Assembly (NCBI RefSeq): GCF_006345805.1
Contig: NW_021824679.1
Coordinates: 1-36,438 of the forward strand
Direction of reading: 5' to 3'
Source of the DNA: Octopus sinensis
Taxonomy: Eukaryota
DNA: 36,438 nt
Positions 11,255-22,943 of this stretch are shown in pieces. The translations under genes were made by a program, and so were the position numbers. Numbering within the stretch: position 1 is the stretch's first letter; every line of letters begins with the position of its first letter. The notes under the pieces are model-generated. The model had not been told where the DNA came from and did no database searches. It was given only the letters and a program-made list of their open reading frames with translations.

Positions 11255-11580
11255 GGGAGCACTCCGTCGGTTACGACGAAGAGGGTCCCAGTTGATACGA
11301 TCAACGGAATAGCCTGCTTATTTATTAACGTGGAAGTGACTGAGCAATCCACAGACACGCGTACCCATAACGTAGTTCTCAGGGAGATTCAGCGTGACAC
11401 AGAGTGTGACAAGGCTGGCCCCTTTGAAATACAGGTACAACTCATTTTTGCCAGCTGAGTGGACTGGAGCAACGTGAAATAAAGTGTCTTGCTCAAGGAC
11501 TCAACGCGTCGCCGGGAATCGAACTCACGACCTTACAATCGCGAGCCGAATGCCCTAACCACTAAGCCACGCACCTTCAC
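11255..11580 (-). mobile_element. Full-length SINE family C with 12-bp TSD
   Basis: Box A tggcttagtgg and box B gagttcgattcc; ggctgagtaaaa at 11243-11254 and 11581-11592. Confidence 0.92.
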
Positions 11581-11915
11581 GGCTGAGTAAAACATGAAAC
11601 AAGCTACAATCGGCATTTGGTGCTGATTCTTTGTTTCATTTTCTGGTCTCAAAATGCAGTGAGAGTTCAAAATGTGAGAGTTCAAAATGCAGTGAGAGCT
11701 TCAGAAAAATATTCACTAATTCAATCTTCGAACCGATTTAATTACAACGTTGTGAGTCGGTGGGTTATCAGTGCTAAGTTAAGTCCATTTGTTTTTTGGA
11801 GGATCGAAGTTATAGTTGGGGGGTATATCTCAATTCACTGTAAGTTTGTTCCATAGTTCAAAGCAGGTTGTAGCAACGAGGAGAAAAGACGAAAAAATTA
11901 TTTTGCATATATGTA

Positions 11916-12295
11916 GGCGCAGGAGTGGCTGTGTGGTAAGTAGCTTGCTTACCAGCCACATGGTTCCTCATTCAGTCCCACTCCGTGGCACCTTGGGCAT
12001 GTGTCTTCTACTATAGCCTCGGGCCGACCAAAACCTTGTGAGTGGATTTGGTAGACGGAAACTGAAAGAAGCCCGTCGTATATATGTATATATATGTATG
12101 TGTGTCTGTGTTTGTCCCCTTAGCATTGCTTGACAACCGTTGCTGGTGTGTTTATGTCCCCGTCACCTAGCGGTTCGGCAAAAGAGACCGATAGAATAAG
12201 TACTAGGCTTACAAAGAATAAGTCCCGGAGTCGAGTTGCTCGATTAAAGCATGGCCGCAGTCAAAATGACTGAAACAAGTAAAAAGAGAAAAAGA
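11916..12295 (+). mobile_element. Near full-length SINE family A
   Basis: Head ggcgcaggagtggctgtgtggtaag...cagtcccactccgtgg, internal TA/TG tract, tail cagtcaaaatgactgaaacaagtaaaaagag; small deletion before atggccgcag. Confidence 0.92.
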
Positions 12296-12510
12296 GAGAG
12301 AATGTAAGGAGGAACACCGCACGCACCCACACACACGCATACATACACACAAAGACACAAATGCAGTCATAAAAACTCACACACCTGTGCATTAGCATGG
12401 ATCTATGTATGCGTATGTATACATAAGAGGTCGATAAATAAGGTACCATTCCTTTCGTTGTCCCTCTGTGTATATGTCTATAGGAATCTCTACATGCACG
12501 TTTATGTCCT

Positions 12511-12795
12511 TACGATCGTAAAGTTGCGATTTTGACTCTCGGACCGGGCTGCGTGTTGTCTTCTTGAGCAAGACACTTTATTTCACCTTGCTCCAGTTCA
12601 TTCAGCTGTAGAAATGAGTTGCGACGTCATTGATACCAAGCTGTATTGGACCATTTGCTTTTCTCTGGGATAACATCGGGGGCGTGGAGAGGGGAGGCTG
12701 GTATACATGGGCGACTGCTGGCCTTCCATAAAAACAACCTTGCCCAGACTTGTGCCTCGGAGGGTAAACTTCTAGGTGCAATCCCTTGCTCACTC
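12511..12795 (+). mobile_element. SINE sharing the family C head/core with a different 3' body (family D), 5'-eroded
   Basis: cttgagcaagacactttatttcaccttgctccagttcattcagctg matches C, then diverges into gcgacgtcattgataccaagctg... Confidence 0.65.
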
Positions 12796-12816
12796 ATATA
12801 CGAAGGCGGTCTCATC

Positions 12817-12845
12817 ATATATATAAATGTATGTATATATATATA

Positions 12846-12883
<38 letters not shown>

Positions 12884-13135
12884 TATATGTACTATATTAT
12901 ATATATATATATATACATACATGCATGCATACACATACACATATATATATATATAAACATACATACATATATATATATAGATAGATAGATAGATAGACAG
13001 ATAGATTTATGTGTGTGTGTGATATACATGTATATATATGTATATACATACATATATCCCTATATATATATGTATATATCTATGTCAATGTATGTATATA
13101 TATAAACATATACATACATACATATATACATACCA
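12817..13135. repeat. Compound (TA)n/(TACA)n/(GATA)n microsatellite
   Basis: Direct reading. Confidence 0.9.
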
Positions 13136-13379
13136 CGTACACTTAATTCAATCATCAATGTTATTGATTTTTGATTTCGGTAGTCACTACTTACCTTCCC
13201 TACCCTGATGTTACGTCCTCCATATAGACTTAGACATTACCGTGTATATATATATATATATATATGTCTCCTGTCTTCATCTTTTGTTTTCTTATGAATT
13301 CTCCCTATATATATATATATATACATACATCATACATACATACATGGAAAATAGGAATACATAAAGAAACACAAGCAAT

Positions 13380-13735
13380 AGCAGGCAGAGAGAGACAGAG
13401 AGACAGAGAGAAGACAGAGAAAGAAAGACAGACAGACATAGAAAGTGTAGGAAAAGAGAGAGAAAGGGAGAAAGTATGAAAAATTGACAAAATAGCGAAA
13501 GGGTGTCTGCATGTAAAAGAGGAACAGAGAGAGAGAGAGAGAAAGAGAGAGAGGGGATGAGAGGGAGAGAGGGAGAAACAAAGAGACTGACAGACAAACA
13601 AATAATCAGGCACGTGAGTGACAGACACACATAGAATAACACGTAAAGTGAGAGAGAGAGAGAGATAGAGAGGAGGATGAGAGAGGACAAAAGACACGGA
13701 GAGAGAGAGGGAGAAGAGAAAAGGTTGAGGGAGAA
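13380..13735. repeat. GA-rich low-complexity tract
   Basis: Direct reading; explains the SL-rich ORFs. Confidence 0.85.
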
Positions 13736-14167
13736 AGAGAGATGCTAAATAACTGAGAGACAAGCCTCTCCTTCTCCAGACAAAACCATTTTCGTAATAA
13801 TTCTTCAAATACAGTATTTGCATAATTATTTGTAATTTCCCCCAATTTTTTTTTTTTTTTGGTTTTCTTTTTTTTTTTCTAATTATTTCGCAATGGCGTT
13901 GTTCCTTTATCACTTCATTCCTATATTAATATATTTATATTTATTTACTGTTTTTCCCCGCTGTGCTTTGTACGTCTCTTTCATCCATTATCTCGCCATT
14001 ATTTTACTTTTTTGTCTTACACGGCTTCTGTGAATGCCTGTATGCGTGTATGAGTAGTGTGTGTGTATAGTTGAAAACACACACTCATATATATATATAT
14101 ATATATAATATATATTATATATATATATATACATGTGTATTTGTGTATGTACATATATATATATATA

Positions 14168-14217
<50 letters not shown>

Positions 14218-14327
14218 GGAGTAAACACATAAATGTGAAACAAGGTGGAAAAGAATACTCAAATACCAGTGGTAGAGTAATATGCAACGCGAAACTCAGA
14301 GTAACAGGTTTTGTGGAATATATATAT

Positions 14328-14475
14328 TCCAGCAACTCGAACCCGGGACTTATTCTTTTTGTAAATCCAGTACTTTTTCTATCGGTATCTTTTGCCGAAC
14401 CGCTAAGTAACGGGGACATAAACACACCAGCATCGGTTGTCAAGCAATGCTAGGGGGACAAACACAGACACACAA

Positions 14476-14517
<42 letters not shown>

Positions 14518-14675
14518 GACAGGCTTCTTTCAGTTTCCGTCTTCCAAATCCACTCATAAGGCATTGGTCGGCCCGGGGCTATAGCAGAAGAAACTTGCCC
14601 AAGATGCCACGCAGTGGGACTGAACCCGGAACCATGTGGTTGTTTAGCAAGTTACTTACCACACAGCCACTCCTG
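14328..14675 (-). mobile_element. SINE family A, extreme tail missing
   Basis: gcaactcgaacccgggacttattc...gccgaaccgctaag...cagtttccgtc...gggactgaacccggaacc...cacacagccactcctg. Confidence 0.88.
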
Positions 14676-14814
14676 TTCCTTTCTGTTAAAGAGCGTAGGC
14701 TCGAAACGTAAAATACTTTCTCACTTTCTTAGGGGTCAAATTAATACACTTGATTGTTGTTCATACACCTGTTCTCGTCTTTTATTTTCTGTAAATTTCA
14801 ACTACACACACACA

Positions 14815-14887
<73 letters not shown>

Positions 14888-14888
<1 letters not shown>

Positions 14889-15032
14889 AAGGAAATGAAG
14901 AAAATGCTGACAAAATAATTTAAGTAAGGGAGAGTGTATTTAATTAGGTGAAAGTTCTTCTAAGAACTTTCACCTAATTAAATAAACTCTCCCTTACTTA
15001 AATTATTTTGTCAGCATTTTCTTCATTCCTTT
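14888..15032. repeat. Near-perfect 145-bp palindrome between (TA)n tracts
   Basis: Arms of about 72 bp meet at aagttctt-ct-aagaactt (centre 14960-14961); one mismatch and one indel. Confidence 0.95.
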
Positions 15033-15194
15033 TTTATATATCAGAACTCGTGTTCCACATCTCCTTTTTTAAATATATATATATATATATATATTTATTT
15101 ATATTTATATTTATATCTATACATAATGTTCATGTATGTATGTATGTATGTATTTGTGTGTTTGTATTCCCCCACCCCCACCCAATCACTTAAA

Positions 15195-15340
15195 ATCTAG
15201 CAATTCGGCAAAGAGACCAATAGAATAAGCATTAGGCTTGAAATACTAAGTCCTGCGGTCGATTTGCTTGACTACACGGGGTGCTCCAGTATGGCCGCAG
15301 TCAAATGACTGAAACAAGTGAAAGAACAAAAGAAAAGAGT
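15195..15340 (+). mobile_element. SINE family A, 3' fragment
   Basis: ttcggcaaagagaccaatagaataag...gtgctccagtatggccgcagtcaaatgactgaaacaag. Confidence 0.8.
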
Positions 15341-15344
15341 ATAT

Positions 15345-16100
15345 AGGTACACACATGTATATATGTGTGTATGTATGTGTGTGTATGTATGTATGTGTGT
15401 TTGTATGTATGTATGTATGTATGCGTGTGTGTATGTATGTATATGTGTATGAGCGTATGTATTAATGTTTGTATGTATGTATGTCTGTATGTATGTATGT
15501 TTGTATGTATGTATGTACATATGTATGTGTGTATGTATTAATGTTTGTATGTATGTATGTACATATGTATGTGTGTATGTATTAATGTTTGTATGTATGT
15601 ATGTGTGTGTATGTATGTGTGCGTGTATGTATGCATGTATGTATGTATGTGTGTGTGTATGTATGTATGTACATATGTATGTGTGTATGTATTAATGTTT
15701 GTATGTATGTATGTGTGTGTATGTATGTGTGCGTGTATGTATGCATGTATGTATGTATGTGTGTGTGCATGTATGTATGTACATATGTATGTGTATATGT
15801 ATTAATGTTTCTATGTATGTATGTATGCATGTATGTATGTATGTATGTGTGTATGTATGTATGTATGTGTGTATGTATGTGTGTGTATGTATGTATGTAT
15901 GTATGTATGTGTGTATGTATGTGTGTATGTATGTGTGTGTATGTATGTATGCATGTATGTATGTGTGTATGTGTGTATGTATGTACATATGTATGTGTGT
16001 ATGTATTAATGTTTGTATGTATGTATGTATGTATGTATGTGTGCGTGTATGTGTGTGTATGTACGCATGTATATTTGTATGTGTGTGTGTGTGTGTGCGG
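15345..16100. repeat. (TATG/TG)n tract with 110-bp higher-order repeat
   Basis: Interruption attaatgttt at 15461, 15537, 15581, 15691, 15801 and 16005. Confidence 0.9.
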
Positions 16101-16434
16101 CCGGAGTACTTACGCTAATGTGTATTTCTTTTATTCGTTTAATGTTTCAGTCCCATGACTGTAGCCATGCTCGAGCACCGCCGTGCGTATGTTTTTTTCT
16201 GTAACATTTGGATATTTCCAACAAGATTGCATAACAAACACACGCACACACACACACATACTCACACCACATACGTGCACCCGGAAACACACATATACAC
16301 ATACACACACACATACACGCGCGCGCACACACCACGTACGCACACCACGTACGTACACCACTACGCATGCAGACATCAAGATTAGCAGACAGCTTCAACA
16401 GCGCCCAACCATTTAGGTGTCGAAGTGGAACGGT

Positions 16435-16660
16435 CTACCACCACCACCACCACCACCACCACCACCACCACCACCACCGCCGCCGCCGCCACTCCCACGA
16501 AGAAACCCCACCCACCCACACACCCACCACGTCTGTACCAGTGCTGCCCCCCAACCCCAATCACTACCACCAGGCCATTGCTACCGCCGACACCACCGCC
16601 GCCACCTCCGCCGCCGTCACCCTCCCACCCACCCACCCCATCCATCCATCCATCCCAGCA
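16435..16660. repeat. GC-rich (CCA)n/(CCG)n/(CCAT)n low-complexity block
   Basis: Direct reading. Confidence 0.85.
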
Positions 16661-17063
16661 TCACGCCATTACAGTTATGTAATCATACACACAGTTGGCT
16701 GACCTAGATCCCAGTCAACACCCTATTAGCCGAAACGACGTCAACGTCCAGTTAAAACATTCCTCTGGTCTCCGCCGCGACATGTTTTTGCGTATAGGCC
16801 TCTCTCTCTCTCACCTCCTCCACGCTCACACACTCTCACTAAGTATATTCATGTTGTATGTGTATATGTGTATGTGCCTACCGGATGTTGTGGTGGTGGT
16901 TGTGGTGGTGTTTGTATATAGGTTGTGCTCGTAGCCTCTGTTTGAGCGCTGGTGTAATGGTGCGTTTGTGATTTTGCCGTGTCGGAGGAATATTTCTGTG
17001 TCTGAATGTTACTGCGTTTTTTTCTCTTTTGCGGGTGTTGGCTATTTGCTGTGTTCATGTATC

Positions 17064-17388
17064 TGTGTTTATTAAAGTGTTGGTGTACCAGTGTGTCTGT
17101 ATTGGTGTGTTAATATGATTCGCTGTGTTGATTAATATGTTGGTGTGCCCGTGTGTTTGTAATGGCGTGTTAATGCGAGTCGGTGGACTTATTAATGTGT
17201 TTGGTGAACGAATGTGTTTGTATTGGTGTGTTAATGTGCCGGTGTACCAATGTTTTGTATAGGAGTATTAATGTTAGTCGGTGTGTTTATCAATGTGTTG
17301 GTGTACTAGTGTGTTTGTATTGGTGTGTTAATATGATTCGCTGTGTTGATTAATGTGTTGGTGTACCAATGTGTTTGTATCGGTGTGT
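17064..17388. repeat. Degenerate TG-rich minisatellite, about 60-bp unit
   Basis: Unit starts at 17064/17124 and 17282/17342. Confidence 0.75.
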
Positions 17389-17390
17389 TC

Positions 17391-17702
17391 GTGACGTAGT
17401 GGTTAGGGTACTGAACTCACGATCACACAGTCTTGAGTTCGATACTCGGGAGATCGTTGTATCCTTGAGCAAGAGATTTTATTTCACGTGACTCCAGTTC
17501 AATCAACTTGCAAAAAGTGAGTTGTACCTGTATTTCAAAGGACCAGCCTTGTCATATTCTGTGTCATGCTGAATCTTCTCGAAAATCTTCATTAAATGTA
17601 CGCGTGTCTGTGGAGTCCTCAGCCACTTGCATGTTAATTTCACGTGCAAGCTGTTCCGTTGATGGGCTCCAATTGGACACTCGTCGTTGTAACCGACGGA
17701 GT
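17391..17702 (+). mobile_element. SINE family C
   Basis: gtagtggttagggtactgaactcacgatc...gagttcgatactc...ttgagcaagagattttatttcacg...aaccgacggagt. Confidence 0.85.
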
Positions 17703-18029
17703 ACCAGTTCCTGTATGTCATGTGGTATTAGTAATTTGGTTTGACTTTTGAAATTTGTGTGTTTATGTGTAGGTGTGTGTGTGTTTGTTAGTGTGTTAGT
17801 GTTTTAGTATGCTTATCAGTGTGTCAGTATACTAGTGTGTTTGTGTTGGTGCGTTTTGATATGATGTGCGTTTCAGTGTTAATGTGTTGGTGTGTTTGTA
17901 TGTTGTGTTTTGTTTTGTGCGTGTTATGTGTGCATGTATAATTGGGCACACACACACAATATTCGGTCTACAAAGCAGACACACACATACTCACCCCCAT
18001 AAATATGTATGTATGAATGTATGTATGTT

Positions 18030-18105
18030 TACTCTTTTACTTGTTTCAGTCATTTGACTGCGGCCATGCTGGAGCACCGCCTTTAGTTGAGCAAATCGAC
18101 CCCAG
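18030..18105 (-). mobile_element. SINE family A tail fragment
   Basis: Identical in layout to 7233-7310. Confidence 0.8.
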
Positions 18106-18616
18106 GCATTTAACAGCGTCCACTCCAAGTTTTGGAAACATAACACAAGTTTTGAAATCATAACTAATCTGAGGAAAATATCTTATCTTCTTCACGCCAG
18201 TCCCAACGACAATCAAGCATAAAAGGTCCTGGGTCCTGGTATCCCCCTTCCGCGACTGAATGGTAAAATTAATGTAGATTTGTTGCCAACGCGTTTGTTT
18301 TTTATATATTCCTTATGGGAATGTGGCATACACTCCATACAGCCGACTCATTAACAATGGAGAACTTTCACTTCTAGTGTATCCGTAATGTCCTATCATT
18401 CACTGTCCATGTAATGTAGAAAGAAAACCTCCGCCAAACCAACACCAGCAGTATTGAATTATTATGTAGGCTTAAACTAAAGTACCTGAGACTCACATTT
18501 GTGTGTGTCTGACTTATGTCATCGAGTAAGACCCTCTTTGATCAGCCACTTCATAGTCTAAGCGAGGCTGAAGGTCCAGCAAACTACTCAAAGACGAGCT
18601 GAAAACTTACTTCAAG

Positions 18617-19210
18617 AAAGTTAAGCTAAGTTAATTTTTGGGTTCAAAAAGCAAAAAGCAAGGCCATGTAGGGGAACATGGAGTTATGTACAGGTTGGTG
18701 TTCATGCAAAGAGTTCAGGCCATTTCTGGTCAAGAGAGACTTTGAACTGAGCGGTCGTCGGCATCTTCACTATCTCGTCCGGCAGCTTATTCCACGGATC
18801 CGCAACCCGGACGGAGAAAGCCCCTCTCCTTCAATTGAGATGAAATCGTCGCAGATAGAGCTTTTCGGAGTGACCCCGCAGCCGATGCTCTGGAGCAGGA
18901 GTGAAGAACAGCTCTTTCGAGAGGTTACACTTTCCGCTTATGATGTTGTAAGCAAGAATGAGATCACCACGGCGTCGTCGTTTTTCTAGAGAATAAAGGT
19001 CGAGCGTCTTCAGCCTTTCTTCATAAGACAAATGCTTGAGACCAAGAACCATGCGGGTAGCCAGCTTCTGGACTCTTTCGAGATGATGTATGTCTTTGAG
19101 GAGATAAGGAGAAGAGGCTTGAATCCCGTACTCCAATATGGGTCTCACCAGCGTGACATAGAGCGGTAGGAATATGGCTGCTGTGAGCATTCCGAATGAC
19201 CGTCGAATCA
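18617..19210 (-). mobile_element. 5'-truncated CR1-clade LINE 3' end (ORF2 C-terminus with in-frame stop, plus 3' UTR)
   Basis: LYVTLVRPILEYG...HHLERVQKLATRMV.GLKHLSYEERLK.LDLYSLEKRRRRGDLI..Y...RLRGHS.KL...AFSVRVADPWNKLP, typical CR1/L2-group ORF2 end; CGA-to-TGA stop at about 18831. Confidence 0.88.
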
Positions 19211-19899
19211 AAAACAGAAGAGGAGCATCATGGTTTCTAGATTAGAACATATTACTAAATGCCAAATGATTTTGTGGTTTCTGTTGAAGAAAGAAGACAG
19301 CCGTGCACTGGTAAGGTACTTAGCTCCACAAGAAAAATCGTGTAAAGTGGTATTTTCCGGTGTTTCAACTGGTCTCTCTAATAAAATATTTACTTATTTA
19401 GTCTACGACCAATGGCGTACATGAAGGACTGGGATATATTTTCATCAAAGATGTCCATCTTGTCTTTTAGGATATACTTAAACGATAAAAAGGGCATAAT
19501 CGGATTCGATGTACAACACAATGAAACCAGTCTTGTGTGTGAGTGTTGTTGTTGTTGTTGTTGTTGTTAAGCAACAAGACGGGTAAGGGTGATTAGGTGA
19601 TGGTCTAGGGCTTAGGGGCGGGAGACCCCAGACCTTGGGAAAAAAGCTTTGGTCGTCGAGGGCTCTTCGTTGAAGGCCCGACACCACTGGGAGGTGGCCC
19701 TCGAAGTCGCTGTAAATGGAGATCTCTAGGTCCAAAGTTTCGAACAGCTGTGTGTGTGTGTATGTGAGTGTGCGTGTGTGTATGTGTGTGTGTGTGTGTG
19801 ATTTACTTGACTTCACTTATCTCTCTGTCTCTTGATGTCCTTTCTCGTCCTCGATTCATCATTTTCTCTTTAAATCCCATTTCTTAATACTTTTCATAT

Positions 19900-20472
19900 T
19901 TATGCCATCATAGAAAACCAGACGTCTCTTCATTCATTCGTATATTACTGAGAAAAAAGTATACACGCGAATGTATACGAATTCATTCGTGTGCGCGGAT
20001 GTACATGTATTAATAGGTTTATATACACAACCCATATACTTGAGCAGGAGTAAATATTTATTCATCCATTCCTCTGTGTATTTTGATTATGTATGTTTCT
20101 GTGTTTATATGCGTATGCGTTGCGTGAGTATATCTTCTAAGGTATCTCCATTTTGCTTCTTGCTTTCTTTCTCTTTCTCTCTTCTAATATTTACTCCATT
20201 GGAAAAAAACACAAATGCGCACGCATCGAAGTATGCGTTTGTGCGTATACGATGATATGTATGTTTGCATTTGCGCACAGAGATCTATGTGCGTATCCGC
20301 CCTTAAACATACACATACATACTCACAGAAAATACACACACGCGCATATTTATATAATATGAGAACAAATATTTATTCATCCGAATTTACCGAATGTGCG
20401 CGCGCACTTAATTATATTATACGTATATTATATATCTATATATATATATATACACATACATACATATATATG

Positions 20473-20531
<59 letters not shown>

Positions 20532-20534
20532 ATG

Positions 20535-20594
<60 letters not shown>

Positions 20595-20989
20595 ATATAT
20601 TATATATATATATATATTTAGATTTGCGTGTATGTAAATATATATGTGTGTTTTGTATGTATATACACACGTTATTGCATACATAGATGTGTGTAATTGT
20701 CATAGACTTAATTGATGAATGATGAATGATGAATGATGAATGAAGTCAATTGCTGATATTTCTGTCTGATAATTGATATTCACAAATGGAGTACGAAACA
20801 CATTACCCCTGGAGAAGTACGAAAGCATATTTTTCGCTCGTATATGTGTGCAGACGAAATTTATGAATAGGGATATGTGCAAACGGAATACATATGTCTG
20901 GGGGGAGTGTGTGGGTGTGTGAGTATAAAAATGAATATAAATATATACATACCACACATATATATATTATATATATATACATATACATA

Positions 20990-21034
<45 letters not shown>

Positions 21035-21360
21035 ATGTACATATATATATATAAATATATATATATTTATATATACACATATATATATATATATCCATGT
21101 ATATATATATAAATATATATGAGTATGTGTGTATGTATCTATATATATTTGCGTATACACACACATAGACACACCATATTTACACTAATAACCTCTTAAA
21201 TAAACACTCAATCTGAAAGTCGTTCATGTTTTCTGATACATACGCATGAGTTTATATACACACACAAACGTATGAACACGTACGTGAATATATGTATGTA
21301 CGTATTTGTCTATGTATGTATGTATGTATGTATGTATGTGTGTACATGTGTATGTGTATA
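19900..21360. repeat. Low-complexity zone with long (TA)n, (GAAT)n and (TATG)n tracts
   Basis: Direct reading; main TA tracts at about 20420-20620 and 20950-21120. Confidence 0.8.
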
Positions 21361-21876
21361 CAATTGTTTATTTAGCGTTGACGAAACAAGAGGACAATTA
21401 TACAGACAGGATGCAGTTCAAAAGAGACTCAAACCCATTTCGCTAATGTTGCTTACTTAGTTGTTCAACAGCAGAAGAACTGGGTCACGTTTCCAGTGAA
21501 ACTTAGAGCCGGACTCTTGGCGGGTGGGACTGACCTGCACATTGAATGAAGCAATAGTCTCGACGTATGTACTTATAAAAACATAGATTAACATTCTATT
21601 GCAGAACGTGTAACGGATGTAATACGGGATAACGAGTAAAACCGACATCATTGAGTATTTCCCATAATACAGTTGCTAAGGAATCACTCAACTGATGTAA
21701 GTTCTTTTCACATGTATTTATATACGACCTACTTCAGCATAGTTTCCACCTAAATTCCGCGACAAAGCATTGTTTGGCCCGGGGTTATAGAAGAAGTCTT
21801 TTGTCCAAGGCGCTACAGAGATGTTACTGAACCAGAAATCTACTGTGCGGTAATTGTGCAATTTTCTTATAGTATA

Positions 21877-22300
21877 GGCACAGGAGTAGCTTTGTGGTAA
21901 GTAGCTTCCTTACCAACCACATGGTTCTAGGTTCAGTCCCACTCTGTGGTACCTTGAGCAAGTGTCTTCTACTATATCCTCGGGCCGACCAAAGTCTTGT
22001 GCGTGGATTTGGTAGACGGAAATTGAAAAGAAGCCCGTCGTATATATGTATATAATATATATATATGTGTGTGTTTGTGCGTGTGTATGTATGTGTGTCT
22101 GTGTTTATCCCCCCAACTTCGCTTGACAATCGATGCTGGTGTATTTACGTCCCCGTAATTTAGCGGTTCGGCAAAAGTGACCGATAGAATAATTACAAGG
22201 TTTCTAAAGAATAAGTCCTGGTGTAGATTTGCTCGACTAAAGGCGGTGCTCCAGTATGGCCGCAGTCAAATGACTGAAACAAGTAAAAGATTAAAAGAGT
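21877..22300 (+). mobile_element. Full-length SINE family A
   Basis: Colinear with 11916-12295. Confidence 0.9.
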
Positions 22301-22372
22301 ATACCTCCAGAGAAACCAATGCCTTGTTGCTGAATAGGAGTAGACGGAAACTGAGTGGAATCATGTCGTGTG

Positions 22373-22413
<41 letters not shown>

Positions 22414-22583
22414 GTGTGTGTGTGTATGTGTGTGCATGTGTGTATGTAGTGTGTGTGAATGTATGTGTGTGGGGGGTATGTCTTAAAGTTTGTGTTTTCT
22501 CCCACCATCGTTTTACAACCAGCGTTGTTTTCTTTACGTACCCGTAACTTTGTATATCGGCATAAGAGACTGATAGATGAAGT

Positions 22584-22882
22584 CACCGTGACCGACCAGG
22601 CTATCAAATGTTGCTACATATCGCTGGTCACAATGCGCTTCGCATTATTTTAGCCTTCAAATGACGCCACACTCTGGTTAAGCGAGCAGGACATCAGAAG
22701 AAAGAATAAGAGAACTTGTGGCGAAAGAATACAGCAGGGATCGCCACCATACCCTGCCGGAGCCTCGTGGAGCTTTTAGGTGATTTTGCACAATAAACAC
22801 TCACAACGCCCAGTCTGGGAAACGAAATTGCGATCCTGCGAACACGAGTCCGTTGCCCTAACCACTGGGCCATTGCACCTCC
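22584..22882 (-). mobile_element. tRNA-derived SINE family E with 12-bp TSD, nested in an older family A copy
   Basis: Head ggaggtgcaatggcccagtggttaggg; TSD gatagatgaagt at 22572-22583 and 22883-22894; family A motifs on both sides (about 22338-22570 and 22900-22935). Confidence 0.85.
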
Positions 22883-22943
22883 GATAGATGAAGTAACAAT
22901 CATTAGAATAAGTACTAGAATCAGTTTCTTCGACTAAAACTGC

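Noticed and set aside
11500-11580. tRNA genes at SINE heads (also 8609, 34450, 35392)
   Set aside because: Box A/B are present, but they run into SINE bodies with TSDs and lack a clean acceptor stem.
18050-18258. Minus-strand acceptor ttttaccattcag followed by an open frame; similar case at 19215-19382
   Set aside because: No donor or homology support; the frame runs into repeat sequence.
21375-21705. Several possible splice sites and micro-exons (e.g. atacag-24 nt-gtaagt near 21673-21696; a minus-strand 37-nt candidate)
   Set aside because: Such signals occur by chance at this frequency; no recognisable protein and no consistent exon chain.
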